DNA of 63,314 nucleotides, the filler included, from Octopus bimaculoides (taxonomy: Eukaryota), in assembly GCF_001194135.2 (NCBI RefSeq). It is 6 parts of 6 records of this genome, joined end to end, with 100 filler letters (N's around TTAATTAATTAA, not from the genome) between each part and the next. Parts side by side here need not be neighbours in the genome. Positions count along the whole stretch, not along the records: positions 58,641 to 63,314 come from NC_069006.1; 5 more parts are not named here. The stretch is one strand, 5' to 3'. Position 1 is the stretch's first letter. The number at the start of each line of letters is the position of its first letter. This document shows, in pieces, positions 62,828 to 63,314 of the stretch. The translations under genes and the position numbers were made by a program. The notes under the pieces are model-generated. The model made no database searches. It worked only from the letters and a program-made list of their open reading frames with translations, and was not told the origin of the DNA.

Positions 62828-62955
62828 TTTAAGTTCACGCTGGAGCAATTAAGGAGATGATGTAAGTCTGTTGTCGAATCGAGGACTGGATTAAATAGGG
62901 TTGCGATGTTATGCCGGTAGGCAACGGGGAGCGACTGGATGGATACGGGGTCCAT
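62828..62955 (-). CDS. Candidate first coding exon of an unidentified gene
   Basis: acgATGG start, MDPVSIQSLPVAYRHNIATLFNPVLDSTTDLHHLLNCSSVNL, strong phase-2 donor AA|GTGAGT at 62827, GC-richer CpG-containing patch; no recognised homology. Confidence 0.4.
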
Positions 62956-63314
62956 CGTTTGAGATGGGGCTTTTAGGGAGAGAGAGAGAGAGAGAGTCTG
63001 TTGGTAGGTCGCTTGCGGTGAGGTTTGTTGTTGGTTTGTTAGACACACACGATGGAAGAGTGACGAAGGAACGAAACATGAGGAAATAAATAAGACAAGT
63101 GGGTGGTGGGGAGAGGGAGAAGAGAGGGAGAGGGTGAAAAGGACGAAAGAGGAGAAGGGAGAGGATAAAGAGGAGGAGGGAGAGGAAGAAGAGTTGGGAG
63201 AAAAAGAAACTAACGCTGGTTTTTTTTTTCTATAAATAATTAGAAATTAGAAAGCAGAAAGAAATGAAAAAGTTCTTTTCAGAATAATGGTAGACAAATG
63301 GTTGAGGATGATTG

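Overview
AT-rich, repeat-dense animal genomic DNA with many N gaps. It is most likely an octopus or other coleoid cephalopod scaffold; this is inferred from my recollection of the SINE families and microsatellite load, not from a search. Genes supported by the sequence are two tandem, minus-strand, two-exon eIF3e/INT6 paralogues (19.8-27.1 kb and 33.5-37.1 kb), the first coding exon of a heparanase-like GH79 gene (minus, 16.7-16.9 kb) and a terminal exon with a degenerate vWA-like domain (plus, 10.8-11.3 kb). Weaker candidates are an HDAC8-like first exon (plus, 39.5 kb) and an unassigned first exon (minus, 62.9 kb). The rest is SINEs, RTE and RLE-type LINE fragments, an internally deleted mariner, MITEs and simple or tandem repeats. 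The most unusual items are (1) a 430-bp insertion with a 12-bp TSD that joins a tRNA-like Pol III head to a Penelope-type hammerhead-ribozyme motif and carries a second, inverted hammerhead arm (30.1-30.5 kb), and (2) the intron-poor eIF3e pair, which runs from about 46% amino-acid identity at the N-terminus to a 154-bp perfectly identical tract in exon 2. All alignments and counts were done by hand and may be off by a few bases.
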